DNA of 43,287 bases from a bacterium (GCA_009927065.1 RFNU01000189.1:1-43287); one strand, 5' to 3'; shown: positions 28,605 to 38,412, numbered from the stretch's first letter. Numbers and translations are program-made. Notes: generated by a model not told the origin, from the letters alone.

Positions 28605-30710
28605 GTGGCAGTGGTTGAAAAAACATTCCAACTCGGTGATCATCAGATTTCACTTCAGACAGGATTGATGGCGCGTCAAGCAACATCTTCTGTTGTTGCG
28701 CGCATGGGCAACACTATGGTTCTTGTGACACTAGTTGCTCAATCTTCCAAGGAAGCAAGGGATTTTTTCCCCCTTTCTGTACATTATCAATCAAAAGCTT
28801 ATGCTTATGGTCGTGTTCCAACCGGATTTAAGCGCCGTGAAGGACCTCCATCTGAATCTGAAATATTGATATCTCGATTAATTGATAGACCTATTCGTCC
28901 GTTATTTCCAGCCTGGTATACCGATGAAGTACAAATCGTTGCAACCTTGCTGTCAGCGGATGCTTCAGTAGAGCCAGATGTCGTTGCCATGATCGGTGCT
29001 GCAGCCGCCCTAAAAATTTCGGGCTTGCCAGTGAATAATACTTTAGGGGCAGTAAGAGTTGGTTATGTTAATAATCAATTTGTTTTAAACCCAGTAGTGG
29101 CTCCAAAAGCGAAATTAGATTTGATTGTAGCAGGCACTAAAGATTCGTTACTTATGGTTGAGTCTTCAGCAGCTGAGCTTTCAGAAGAAGTGATGATTGC
29201 CGGTTTAGAATTTGCTCAGCATCATATTGGGGAAGTTATTGCAGGCATTGAAGCATTTGCTCAAGATGTTGGTGGTGGATCACAAAACATTCAACCGCCA
29301 GCGACAGTTCAATTGCCGGACTTTGATGAGTTCGTTGCGCCATATGAAGCTTCTTATTGGGATGGTTTATTATCCACTCAAGATAAAGCCTTGCGTAGTG
29401 CTTTTATGAAAAATCAACTTCAGCTTATTAAGACGGCTTATTTGGAGCATAACCCTGAATTGACTGAACAGCAGATCGCTTATTTGCCAACACATCTTGC
29501 TGACTGGGAAAAGAAAGTGGTTCGTCAAGGTATGTTAAAACATCAACGTCGTGTTGATGGCCGTACTTTTGAGCAAATTCGTCCTATCAGTTGTCATGTA
29601 GGGGTTTTACCTGCTTCGCATGGCTCTTCTCTGTTTACTAGAGGCGAAACACAATCTTTAACTTCTTTGGTATTAGGAACTGGGCGTGATGCTCAACTGA
29701 TTGAATCTTACGAGGCTAAAGAGCAACGAGATTGGTTCATGTTGCATTACAATTTTCCCCCATATTCTGTGGGAGAAGTAGGACAAGTTGGTAGTCCAAA
29801 GCGCCGTGAAATTGGGCATGGCCGTCTAGCTCGACGTGCTCTTGAAGCGGTTCTTCCCAGCCAAGATCAATGTCCTTATGTCTTGAGACTGGTTTCAGAG
29901 ATTTTGGAATCAAATGGTTCAAGCTCCATGGCCACAGTTTGTGCGTCTTCTTTAGCTTTAATGGATGCAGGTGTGCCTGTATCGGCTCCTGTAGCTGGTA
30001 TTGCTATGGGCTTGATTCAAGAAGATTCAACACACATAGTCTTAACTGATATTCTAGGAGATGAAGATTTCTTGGGAGATATGGACTTTAAAGTTGCTGG
30101 CACAGCGCTTGGTATTACTGCCTTACAGATGGATATTAAGATCGAAGGTATAAGTGCAGCAGTCATGAAGCAAGCTTTGGCACAAGCACAGGTGGGTCGG
30201 TTGCATATTCTTGAAATTATGAATAACACACTGGGCAATGTTAGAGCTGAAGTAGCAGCAAATGCACCTCGTATTGATCTTGTTAAGATTAAACCAGAGC
30301 AGGTTCGTGAAGTTATTGGTAAAGGTGGATCAACAGTTAAATTGCTTACCGAGCTTTCAGGAGCAACATTTGAATTAAGTGATGATGGTTCTGTTAATAT
30401 TATTTCTTCAGTCAAAGAACAAGCTGAAAAAGCTAAAGAGCTACTAAAGCAAATAGTTGAACCGTTAGCAATTAACAATGTTTATGTTGGGCAAGTGACC
30501 AAAATCTTAGAATTTGGATTTGTTATCAGTACATTGGGTGGTAAAGATGGACTTGTTCATATCTCCGAATGTCCATTCACTGAACTTGAATTGCCTACAA
30601 AGATTCGTATTGGACAACGCTTAGATGTGAAGCTGACACAAATCGATAAAGTGAATAATAGATTAAAATTTTCTATGTTGATTCAGTCAGCAAATACTGA
30701 GCAGCATTGA
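28605..30710 (+). CDS. pnp: polyribonucleotide nucleotidyltransferase (PNPase)
   Basis: 701 aa, GTG start after aagga. Two RNase PH domains, KH (GKGGSTVK) and a C-terminal S1 domain (VYVGQVTKILEFGFVI...GLVHISE). Confidence 0.97.
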   Translation: MAVVEKTFQLGDHQISLQTGLMARQATSSVVARMGNTMVLVTLVAQSSKEARDFFPLSVHYQSKAYAYGRVPTGFKRREGPPSESEILISRLIDRPIRPLFPAWYTDEVQIVATLLSADASVEPDVVAMIGAAAALKISGLPVNNTLGAVRVGYVNNQFVLNPVVAPKAKLDLIVAGTKDSLLMVESSAAELSEEVMIAGLEFAQHHIGEVIAGIEAFAQDVGGGSQNIQPPATVQLPDFDEFVAPYEASYWDGLLSTQDKALRSAFMKNQLQLIKTAYLEHNPELTEQQIAYLPTHLADWEKKVVRQGMLKHQRRVDGRTFEQIRPISCHVGVLPASHGSSLFTRGETQSLTSLVLGTGRDAQLIESYEAKEQRDWFMLHYNFPPYSVGEVGQVGSPKRREIGHGRLARRALEAVLPSQDQCPYVLRLVSEILESNGSSSMATVCASSLALMDAGVPVSAPVAGIAMGLIQEDSTHIVLTDILGDEDFLGDMDFKVAGTALGITALQMDIKIEGISAAVMKQALAQAQVGRLHILEIMNNTLGNVRAEVAANAPRIDLVKIKPEQVREVIGKGGSTVKLLTELSGATFELSDDGSVNIISSVKEQAEKAKELLKQIVEPLAINNVYVGQVTKILEFGFVISTLGGKDGLVHISECPFTELELPTKIRIGQRLDVKLTQIDKVNNRLKFSMLIQSANTEQH

Positions 30711-30720
30711 TTTGAGAACG

Positions 30721-30752
30721 CCAAGAAAAGCAGCTAGCCCTGCTTTTCTTGG
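30721..30752. terminator. 13-bp perfect hairpin between convergent pnp and the corB-like gene (putative bidirectional terminator, no clear U-tract)
   Basis: ccaagaaaagcag-ctagcc-ctgcttttcttgg. The loop contains the minus-strand stop codon, and the right arm encodes the last codons of the corB-like gene. Confidence 0.5.
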
Positions 30753-31996
30753 TTGTAATGCTCTAAGCTTATTCCTTTAATTTTGACGATTGTATTCTTA
30801 GAAATCTGTAATATTTCATAAATAATACCGTTTAATAAAATACTTGTGCCCGGTTGAGGCAAACATTCCATGTATGCTATCAAAGCTCCCCCAATCGTAG
30901 AAGCATCGCGTGTTGATATACTCCAACCTAAAAGACGTTTTAATGTATGCACGGGTAAATGCCCAGGAAAAATCCAAGCGTGTTCAGATAAACGGATCAC
31001 TTCATGCTCTTGCGCTATATCTTGTAGTTGTATATCAGCAACCCATATCTCATCCATAATATCACTTAATGTTACCAATCCTTGTAAATGACCATATTCA
31101 TTTAGAATCAAAGCCATTTTCTTTTGCATTTGTTGAAAGCGCATAAATTGAGTGTGTAAAGGAGTTTTTTCTGGAATAAAATAAGCTTCTTGAATGAGTG
31201 AGCGTAAAGACTCTTTAGTAAATTTATTTGTCAAGATCATATGAATGCATTCACGAATATTAACTATCCCTAAAATATTTTCAATATCTCCCTCAATAAC
31301 AGGCAGTCTAGAATGGGCGCAACTGATAATTTCTTTTAGAATAATCTCTTCAGTATCACTCATGTCAAGAACTTGAATTTTGGATCGGGTGAGCATAATA
31401 TCGTTCACTGTGATTTCATGGAGCTCCAAAACACCCATCATCATTCGATGATGGGATTGCTTCTGGTGTTTCATCCCCTCAGAAACCATCATCTTATACT
31501 CAGAAAATGATATTATTTCCTGGGATTGTGCATGATTCATTCCAAAAACAGCAATTATTTTATTATTAATGGCATTGATGATCATGGTTACAGGAGTTAA
31601 AAGAATAGAGATCAGCCAGATCACAGGGGCACAAGCATAAGCAAATAATGTTGGTTTGATCGTAGCCATTGTTTTTGGCATGACTTCAGCAAAAAGTAAA
31701 ATGACTATTGTCAAAATGATTGGTGCTAAGTAAGTTATTTGTTCAGATGCGTCAATCTCCTCGAGTAAATGAACGAGCAGCGTTCCTGTCATAATATTCG
31801 CAAAAGTATTGCCCAGAAGAATCACAGTTAATATTTTATCCAGACGCTCCAGTAATCCTTCCGTTAATTTTGCTAAACTGTTATGTGTCGCATCTGCTTG
31901 TACTTTATATCGATTTAAACGCATAAGAGCTGCTTCAGTAGCTGAAAAAAAAGCTGATGCAGCAATTAATAATAAAATCATAATAAAATAATGCAT
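30734..31996 (-). CDS. CNNM/DUF21-CBS-CorC_HlyC family membrane protein (CorB/YfjD-like Mg/Co efflux or hemolysin-like protein)
   Basis: 420 aa. N-terminal DUF21 signature SAFFSATEAALMRLNR...TVILLGNTFAN, a CBS pair in the middle and a CorC-type C-terminus. It is divergent from ffh, as yfjD is in E. coli. Confidence 0.85.
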   Translation of the reverse strand: MHYFIMILLLIAASAFFSATEAALMRLNRYKVQADATHNSLAKLTEGLLERLDKILTVILLGNTFANIMTGTLLVHLLEEIDASEQITYLAPIILTIVILLFAEVMPKTMATIKPTLFAYACAPVIWLISILLTPVTMIINAINNKIIAVFGMNHAQSQEIISFSEYKMMVSEGMKHQKQSHHRMMMGVLELHEITVNDIMLTRSKIQVLDMSDTEEIILKEIISCAHSRLPVIEGDIENILGIVNIRECIHMILTNKFTKESLRSLIQEAYFIPEKTPLHTQFMRFQQMQKKMALILNEYGHLQGLVTLSDIMDEIWVADIQLQDIAQEHEVIRLSEHAWIFPGHLPVHTLKRLLGWSISTRDASTIGGALIAYMECLPQPGTSILLNGIIYEILQISKNTIVKIKGISLEHYNQEKQG

Positions 31997-32292
31997 ATAA
32001 AACCCGATTGAAAAAAGAAAATTACTTACACAGAATATGTGTTATGCACTTTAATCATAGCCCAATTTTCTGTCTATTCGGAAACGTTATGACAAACTTA
32101 ATTGAGTACAGGTGCATTCATCACTTGTCTATTCATAACATGCTTTCAGGATAATCGCCTCGCTAACTTAATAGTGTACCGAAGGAAAGAGCTGACATCA
32201 TCATAGATAAAAAAATGGGTAAAACACTTTGCATCTATGCGTTAGCGCTGTACTATTATAACAACTTAATCCGTTTGTAAAAATCATTGACT

Positions 32293-33657
32293 ATGTTTAA
32301 TCTGTTATCTCAAAAAATCGCTTCTCTTTATGAAAGAATTACTACTAAACGCTTATCTGCTAGTCAAATCGATACATTACTTGTTGATATTGAAGATGGG
32401 TTGCTTCAAGCAGATGTTCCTTTTGAAGTGGTGCAGGATTTTTTAAGCAATATTCGAGCTGATGTTATTGGAGAAGCTTATCCTAAGCATCTGAATGCAC
32501 AACAGGCTTTTGTTAAAATATTAAACCATAGATTAATTGAATTGTTAAAACATGATGAACAAGGTTTGACCCTAAAACACCATCCTACAAAAATTTTAGT
32601 AGCTGGTTTGCAGGGAAGCGGAAAAACAACTACGATTGCCAAGTTGGCGTTACATTGTGCGAAACAAAAGAAAAGCGTTTTAGTCGTTAGTTTAGATGTC
32701 TATCGTCCCGCTGCGCGAGAGCAGCTGGCTATTTTAGCTAAAAAAGTTGGAGTGGAGTATTGTGGAGATTTAACCCAACAAGACGTTTTGGTTATTCTTG
32801 ATGAAGCTTTAAAACGTTCAAAATTTTATGATATTTTAATTATTGATACTGCTGGTCGCACACAAATTGATGCTGAAATGATGACTGAACTTAAAACCGT
32901 GGCCCAGCATGCGCAACCTCACGAAACGCTGTATGTGCTTGATAGTATGGCTGGCCAAGAATCGTTGAATGTTGCAAAAAAATTTAATGAAACTGTCACC
33001 ATAAGTGGCGTTATCGTCACAAAACTTGATAGTGATACCCGTGCAGGGGCTATTTTAGGGTTGAAAACTCTTTTAAATCTTCCGATCAAGTTTATTTCGA
33101 TGGGTGAGCAAGTTGATATTCCAGCCAACTTCACTGTGTTTTATCCAGAGCGTATAGCGCAGCGTATTTTGGGGATGGGAGATATTCTGTCGCTTATCGA
33201 CCAGATAGAGCAAAGTATCGATAAAGCGAAAGCACAAAAAATGCAAGAAAGCATGATGCAAAAAGACGCCTTTAATTTTGAAGATATGAGGCTGCAATTA
33301 GAACAAGTCAGTCAAATGCTTTCTGGTGCTGGTGGTCTTAAAGGGATGATGCAACAAATTCCAGGCATGGGTAGTTTAGCGGGACATGTATCAGAAAATG
33401 ATGCAAACAAAGCGATGAAAAAATCTATAGCACTTATTGATTCTATGACCCCTAAAGAGCGTAAATACCCTTACTTATTGCAAGAAGGGGCACGAAAGGC
33501 ACGGATCTCTAGAGGTTCTGGATTAACAATTGCTGATTTAAATCATTTAATTAAGCAGCTTAAACAAACTAGTGAAATGCTCAAGCTTGTGAAGAATAAA
33601 GGAAAAATGGCTAATATGATGAACATGCTGAAGGGTAAAATGCCATTTGGTTTCTAA
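32293..33657 (+). CDS. ffh: signal recognition particle protein Ffh
   Basis: ATG at 32293 gives MFNLLSQKIASL. GTPase motifs GLQGSGKTTT, DTAGR and TKLD. Met-rich M domain at the C-terminus. Confidence 0.96.
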   Translation: MFNLLSQKIASLYERITTKRLSASQIDTLLVDIEDGLLQADVPFEVVQDFLSNIRADVIGEAYPKHLNAQQAFVKILNHRLIELLKHDEQGLTLKHHPTKILVAGLQGSGKTTTIAKLALHCAKQKKSVLVVSLDVYRPAAREQLAILAKKVGVEYCGDLTQQDVLVILDEALKRSKFYDILIIDTAGRTQIDAEMMTELKTVAQHAQPHETLYVLDSMAGQESLNVAKKFNETVTISGVIVTKLDSDTRAGAILGLKTLLNLPIKFISMGEQVDIPANFTVFYPERIAQRILGMGDILSLIDQIEQSIDKAKAQKMQESMMQKDAFNFEDMRLQLEQVSQMLSGAGGLKGMMQQIPGMGSLAGHVSENDANKAMKKSIALIDSMTPKERKYPYLLQEGARKARISRGSGLTIADLNHLIKQLKQTSEMLKLVKNKGKMANMMNMLKGKMPFGF

Positions 33658-33696
33658 TTATTATTCGATAGCGTGCTGATTATTAAGATCAACAGA

Positions 33697-33724
33697 TTGA
33701 CTTTTCTTTAAATAAAGGTAATAT
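33697..33724 (+). promoter_or_regulatory. sigma70-type promoter candidate (TTGACT-16 nt-TAATAT) for the ORFan
   Basis: -35 at 33697-33702 and -10 at 33719-33724, about 47 nt upstream of the ATG at 33771. Confidence 0.45.
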
Positions 33725-33770
33725 GTCAGTATTGAACATTGTTCTTAATAGCTAGGAATAAGATTTAAGC

Positions 33771-34805
33771 ATGCCTATTTTAAAAATCAGCCAAGAATTT
33801 ATAGAAAACTATAATAAAATACGCTCTCCTTTTGAAGATGAAGCCAATCAAGCTTTTCCTCATTATGACCCTCATGTAATATCTTTTTTCAGATATAGTG
33901 AACGATTAAAAAATGATAATTACGCTTTAGATCTAACAAGAAGGGATTTTCATCGATCCCATTTTATTAGTGTCAAAAACAAAGAGCAGCATGACTTATT
34001 TGATAGAACAACTCATTCATTAACAGCAAATTCAATAAGTATCTTTGAACAGAAATACGCCCCTCATTATAGAGATGAAGATCTTGATTATGCACACGAT
34101 GCGTTAGATCGTAGACTACAAAAATTTATGATGACTCATTTTAACCAGGGCGGATTTGCAAATGATGCGGCAGGATTATCTCTTTTTTGGAGTACTCACT
34201 TTTATCACGATGTTGACAAGTCACCTCTTATATTCAAATCCCCCTGCGAGCGAGGACGCTTTTGTTTTTTCAAGATTCTGGACAGATTTCATGTTGAGTA
34301 TGTCAATATAGAGCGCTTCAATTTTATTGAGGATATGAATAAAAATTTGAACATTCCCTGTAATTTTTTTGTTGAGTCACGCGCGCAGATAGGATTAAAA
34401 AACGATTATCCTGTCGTACAGTTAACAGATGTTAATTGGCATTTTAAAGAGCAATCAGATTTAGATACATTTTCTACTATATTCACGATTGATCAACAGA
34501 CTTTAAGAGCAAAACAACAAAATAAAACATGGTTAGAAAAATTTTACCAAATTTTTTATAAAGCGGCTGTCATTTTACAAACTCTTATTAAAAGCATGAT
34601 GAGCTGGATATGGCCTGGGCGTACTCAAATCATCCCTTTTGAACGAGAACTATTTTTTTTACCTCATATTCTCTCCATAGCTTCTCCAGATGAACAACCA
34701 TCGGCTGAAATTGAAGAAGCTAAAAAGTTGGCAGCACCAGTTATCCAACAAGAACAAGACACGAGCAACGGATATGTTTTCGTTCCTCGTGGGCAGAGTA
34801 TTTAG
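33771..34805 (+). CDS. hypothetical protein with no motif I can recognise (ORFan)
   Basis: 344-aa uninterrupted ORF in an AT-rich background. No signal peptide or clear TM segment. His/Phe/Asp-rich, with an acidic, polar C-terminal tail (PDEQPSAEIEEAKKLAAPVIQQEQDTSNGYVFVPRGQSI). Confidence 0.6.
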   Translation: MPILKISQEFIENYNKIRSPFEDEANQAFPHYDPHVISFFRYSERLKNDNYALDLTRRDFHRSHFISVKNKEQHDLFDRTTHSLTANSISIFEQKYAPHYRDEDLDYAHDALDRRLQKFMMTHFNQGGFANDAAGLSLFWSTHFYHDVDKSPLIFKSPCERGRFCFFKILDRFHVEYVNIERFNFIEDMNKNLNIPCNFFVESRAQIGLKNDYPVVQLTDVNWHFKEQSDLDTFSTIFTIDQQTLRAKQQNKTWLEKFYQIFYKAAVILQTLIKSMMSWIWPGRTQIIPFERELFFLPHILSIASPDEQPSAEIEEAKKLAAPVIQQEQDTSNGYVFVPRGQSI

Positions 34806-35224
34806 ATAACAAGTTTTACCTCAATATTATTACGCGTTGCATTTGAGTAAGGGCAGACACGGTGGGCATGCTCAACGATTGAGGTGAGTGTGTCGTGATC
34901 AATACCAGGTGCTGCAATTCTTAATTCAACATGAAGACCAAACCCTTCGGGAATCGGGCCAAATCCCACAATCGCTTCTACAGACAATGTTTCTGGAAGA
35001 ACAACCTGATAATTGTGTGCAACAAATCTCATTGCCCCTAAAAAACAAGCGCTATAGCCTGCAGCAAATAACTGTTCTGGGTTACAGCCTTCTCCAGAGC
35101 CGCTCATTTCTTTAGGGCGTGCTAGAGCCATTGAAAATTGGCCGTCTAATGTTGATACATGACCATCTCTGCCACCGATAGCTTTAGCATGAGCTTGGTA
35201 AATAATTTTTTCTGGGATTATCAT
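34802..35224 (-). CDS. ohr: organic hydroperoxide resistance protein Ohr (OsmC/Ohr family)
   Basis: 140 aa. The two catalytic cysteines are in PEQLFAAGYSACFLGA and AHRVCPYSNATRNNIEV. Confidence 0.92.
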   Translation of the reverse strand: MIIPEKIIYQAHAKAIGGRDGHVSTLDGQFSMALARPKEMSGSGEGCNPEQLFAAGYSACFLGAMRFVAHNYQVVLPETLSVEAIVGFGPIPEGFGLHVELRIAAPGIDHDTLTSIVEHAHRVCPYSNATRNNIEVKLVI

Positions 35225-35698
35225 ATATAATATGTTACTGGAAAAATAATAGTAATATCACTATAGAAAAGATAGTTGATAAATTCCACTGAGTTATTTT
35301 GATCAAATAAATGATAAATTTTCTTATACGGAAAGACTTATTCCGATAGTCGGTTATTATATTCCTTATGGCTTCTCAGTAAGAAAAAAATATTGAATAC
35401 CCAGGCAAAGAGCATGCTATTGATCTTGAGCCGGTTGATCTGCTTATTTATATCATAGGCATCAATTGATGGATTGGCGCAAGAAGAAGCTCCCATTAGG
35501 ATTGCTTGTCCAATTGAGTGGCAGGTGAATGTCACATATTTTACTCTTAAGTACGCGCAAATCAAATATTGACCAAAAGTAGCTTTATTGATGCACATTA
35601 TGCTACTATATGAGCCAACTTATCACATATGTGATTGGTTCAATTTATTTTTATAAAATCAACAAATTTGGTCGCGAATTTGTTTCTTGGAGTTTATT

Positions 35699-36277
35699 AT
35701 GACCGAACTATCCCTTAGCGCTAAAAAGCGTTTAGATGTGGGGAAAGGTGCGAGCCGCCGCCTACGTAAAGAAGAAACTATCCCTGGTATTCTTTATGGC
35801 AAAAGCTTTGAGCCTGTTTCTCTACAATTTGAGCACAGACATTTATTACGTCTTATTAAAGATAAAAGCTGCTTTAGCAACCTTATTAGTCTTGATGTAG
35901 ATGGCGAAGCTTATAAAGTTTTGATTAAAAATTTGCAACGTCATGTTTATAAAAACAAAGTGATGCATTTAGAACTACAGGCCCTTTCTTCTGAAGATGT
36001 TGTTCTTGCCGAAATTCCTTTAGAATTCATTAATGCAGATAAAGCTGTCGGTGTTAAAAAAGGCGGCGCACTGTCTCTTTCGATGAAAGTGATTCGTGTT
36101 CGTTGTTTATCAGTCAATATTCCATCACAAATTGTTGTTGATTTAGCTGAATTGGATATCGAGCAAATCTTGCATTTATCAGATCTGACATTACCAGCAG
36201 GTGTTGAAAGCTATGATTTAATGCTTGGAAAAGATCATAATTTATCAATTGCAGCTATTCACGCTGTTAAAGAATAA
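35699..36277 (+). CDS. rplY: 50S ribosomal protein L25 (Ctc form)
   Basis: ATG at 35699, 6 nt after GGAG. MTELSLSAKKRLDVGKGASRRLRKEETIPGILYG plus the C-terminal Ctc domain. Confidence 0.93.
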   Translation: MTELSLSAKKRLDVGKGASRRLRKEETIPGILYGKSFEPVSLQFEHRHLLRLIKDKSCFSNLISLDVDGEAYKVLIKNLQRHVYKNKVMHLELQALSSEDVVLAEIPLEFINADKAVGVKKGGALSLSMKVIRVRCLSVNIPSQIVVDLAELDIEQILHLSDLTLPAGVESYDLMLGKDHNLSIAAIHAVKE

Positions 36278-36300
36278 TACATTGCTGAATAAAAGTCTTC

Positions 36301-36876
36301 ATGAGTAATCTATTATGTTTTGTCGGCCTAGGTAATCCTGGGCAACAATACAAAGATCATCGTCATAATATAGGAGCTCAACTTATTGAAAATATAGCGA
36401 TTTATTTCAATGTTGAGCTTTTATTGCACGCAAAAACAAAATGCCGATCGGCCGTTATATCTGTTTCAGGCAAAAAAATTCATCTTGTCATTCCTCAATC
36501 GTATATGAATGAAAGTGGATATTGTATTGCACAATATCTTCATTTTTATAAAATACAGCCGACTGATTTAATTGTTATTCATGATGAGCTTGATTTTGCC
36601 GCAGGCCAGCTACGCTTTAAAGTCTCTGGAGGGCATGGCGGGCATAATGGCCTAAGAAGTATACATCAGCATTTAGGTACTGATCAGTACAAACGTATAC
36701 GAGTAGGTATTGGCCATCCGGGTCATAAAGATAAAGTTGCTGATTATGTCTTAAATCGTCCTAGCTTGAAGGATGAAAGACTTTTCGAAGATCTTTTTAA
36801 TCTTGTATTAAAAAACTGGCCTCTTTTTGTTGAGGAATCATGGGATAAAGTAGCCATGCTTTTTCATAAAAATTAA
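36301..36876 (+). CDS. pth: peptidyl-tRNA hydrolase
   Basis: 191 aa. VGLGNPG and catalytic His in HRHNIG. Confidence 0.95.
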   Translation: MSNLLCFVGLGNPGQQYKDHRHNIGAQLIENIAIYFNVELLLHAKTKCRSAVISVSGKKIHLVIPQSYMNESGYCIAQYLHFYKIQPTDLIVIHDELDFAAGQLRFKVSGGHGGHNGLRSIHQHLGTDQYKRIRVGIGHPGHKDKVADYVLNRPSLKDERLFEDLFNLVLKNWPLFVEESWDKVAMLFHKN

Positions 36877-36961
36877 TTAAGTCTTGAGGTCTCTCTCTCA
36901 ACATGGCATCATGAACACCGAGTGTCATAATACGTTTTATCAATGTCAAAAGGTTGGATTC

Positions 36962-38404
36962 ATGTCTAAAAATTCTCATCTAGATAAAGTGATCGAGGCT
37001 TCTTATGAAGCAGGCTGGGAAACATTCATTGATACAGAAACCTTTGCACCAGGTCTTGATGAAAATGTCGTAAGAGCTCTTTCTAAGCGTAAAAAAGAAC
37101 CCGCTTTTCTTTTGAATTGGCGATTAAAAGCCTTAGACGCCTGGCGTAATGCCAAAGAGCCTCATTGGGGTGCATTCCATTATGATCCTATCGATTATCA
37201 GGCATTAAGTTATTTCTCTGCACCCAAAACAGCAGATGGCCCAAAGTCTCTTGAAGACGTTGACCCAAAGCTCTTGGAGACATATGAAAAATTAGGGATT
37301 CCACTTCATGAAAGGGCGATTCTAGCTGGAGTAGCTGTTGATGCGGTTTTTGATAGTGTCTCTATTGCGACAACCTTCAAAGATACTTTGAAAAAAGCAG
37401 GAGTTATTTTTTGCTCTTTTTCTGAAGCAGTACAGGAACATCCTGAACTTATTGAGCAGTATTTAGGCACTGTTGTTCCTATTGGAGATAACTTTTTTGC
37501 AACATTAAATTCGGCTGTTTTCTCGGATGGCTCTTTTTGTTACATACCTAAAGGCGTTCGTTGTCCAATGGAATTATCTACCTATTTTCGTATCAATGCT
37601 ATGAACACAGGTCAATTTGAACGAACATTAATTATTGCTGACGAAGGTAGTTATGTGAGTTATTTAGAAGGATGTAGTGCACCTCGTCGTGATAATAATC
37701 AACTTCACGCTGCTGTTGTTGAACTAGTTGCTCATCAAGACGCACAAATTAAATATTCTACCGTGCAAAATTGGTATCCTGGAGATGAGCATGGCGTTGG
37801 AGGAATTTTTAATTTTGTCACTAAAAGAGGCTTGTGTGCTGGAAAAAAATCTAAGATATCTTGGACACAAGTAGAAACTGGTTCAGCTATTACATGGAAA
37901 TATCCTTCTGTCATTTTAAAAGGTGATGATAGTGTTGGAGAGTTTTATTCAGTGGCATTAGCGCGTGGACATCAACGAGCTGACACAGGAACAAAAATGA
38001 TTCATCTTGGTCAGCGGACGAAAAGCACTATTATTTCTAAGGGAATCTCTGCTTCCTTTGGACATAATACTTATCGAGGATTAGTTTATATTGCCCCAAC
38101 CGCACAAGGTGCTCGTAATTTTACTGAATGTGATTCACTCTTGTTAGGATCGCAGTGTGTTGCAAAAACATATCCTCGTTTAGAGTCATCTCGTGCTGAT
38201 GCTAAAGTTGAACATGAAGCCACAACGTCAAAAATTTCACAAGAACAGCTGTTTTATCTAGCGCAGCGAGGTATTAATGAAGAACAAGCCATTTCTATGA
38301 TCGTTAATGGCTTTTGTAAAGAAGTCTTTAAAGAGCTACCATTAGAGTTTGCTGTGGAAGCACAAAAATTACTCCAAGTATCATTAGAAGGCAGTGTTGG
38401 TTAG
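36962..38404 (+). CDS. sufB: Fe-S cluster assembly scaffold protein SufB
   Basis: ATG at 36962 ([19 protein letters not shown]). Long near-identical blocks to E. coli SufB as I recall it, e.g. [37 protein letters not shown]. The track start 36884 adds a non-homologous extension. Confidence 0.95.
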   Translation: MSKNSHLDKVIEASYEAGWETFIDTETFAPGLDENVVRALSKRKKEPAFLLNWRLKALDAWRNAKEPHWGAFHYDPIDYQALSYFSAPKTADGPKSLEDVDPKLLETYEKLGIPLHERAILAGVAVDAVFDSVSIATTFKDTLKKAGVIFCSFSEAVQEHPELIEQYLGTVVPIGDNFFATLNSAVFSDGSFCYIPKGVRCPMELSTYFRINAMNTGQFERTLIIADEGSYVSYLEGCSAPRRDNNQLHAAVVELVAHQDAQIKYSTVQNWYPGDEHGVGGIFNFVTKRGLCAGKKSKISWTQVETGSAITWKYPSVILKGDDSVGEFYSVALARGHQRADTGTKMIHLGQRTKSTIISKGISASFGHNTYRGLVYIAPTAQGARNFTECDSLLLGSQCVAKTYPRLESSRADAKVEHEATTSKISQEQLFYLAQRGINEEQAISMIVNGFCKEVFKELPLEFAVEAQKLLQVSLEGSVG

Positions 38405-38412
38405 AGGGCATT

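Noticed and set aside
30017-30478. 153-aa ORF antisense to pnp
   Set aside because: It lies entirely inside the well-supported pnp coding region on the opposite strand. Its composition is Ser/Ala/Thr-rich and low-complexity, typical of antisense shadow ORFs. It has no SD and no motif.
33744-33763. Possible PmrA-type tandem site (cTTAATagc..gGAATAAga) upstream of the ORFan
   Set aside because: The second half-site matches the cTTAATatT consensus poorly. The element also lies downstream of the better promoter candidate, too close to the start codon.
35460-35510. Possible remnant of the prs C-terminus (translation ...WIGARRSSH... versus Prs ...AEAIRRISNE...)
   Set aside because: Only about 4 loosely matching residues in one short piece, with no collinear second match. 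This is not distinguishable from chance.
35338-35598. 86-aa minus-strand ORF in the ohr-rplY spacer
   Set aside because: There is no Shine-Dalgarno upstream of its ATG and no recognisable family (it is not MarR/OhrR-like). It has a Cys-rich odd composition. I treat it as non-coding spacer unless expression data say otherwise.
36911-36928. Small bulged hairpin / inverted repeat (atgaacaccgagtgtcat) and a weak promoter (ATGGCA-17-CATAAT) upstream of sufB; also a Fur-box-like stretch cataatacgttttatcaat
   Set aside because: The Fur match is only 9/19. The promoter hexamers are weak, and the repeat is short. It is plausible regulatory DNA but is not supportable from sequence alone.
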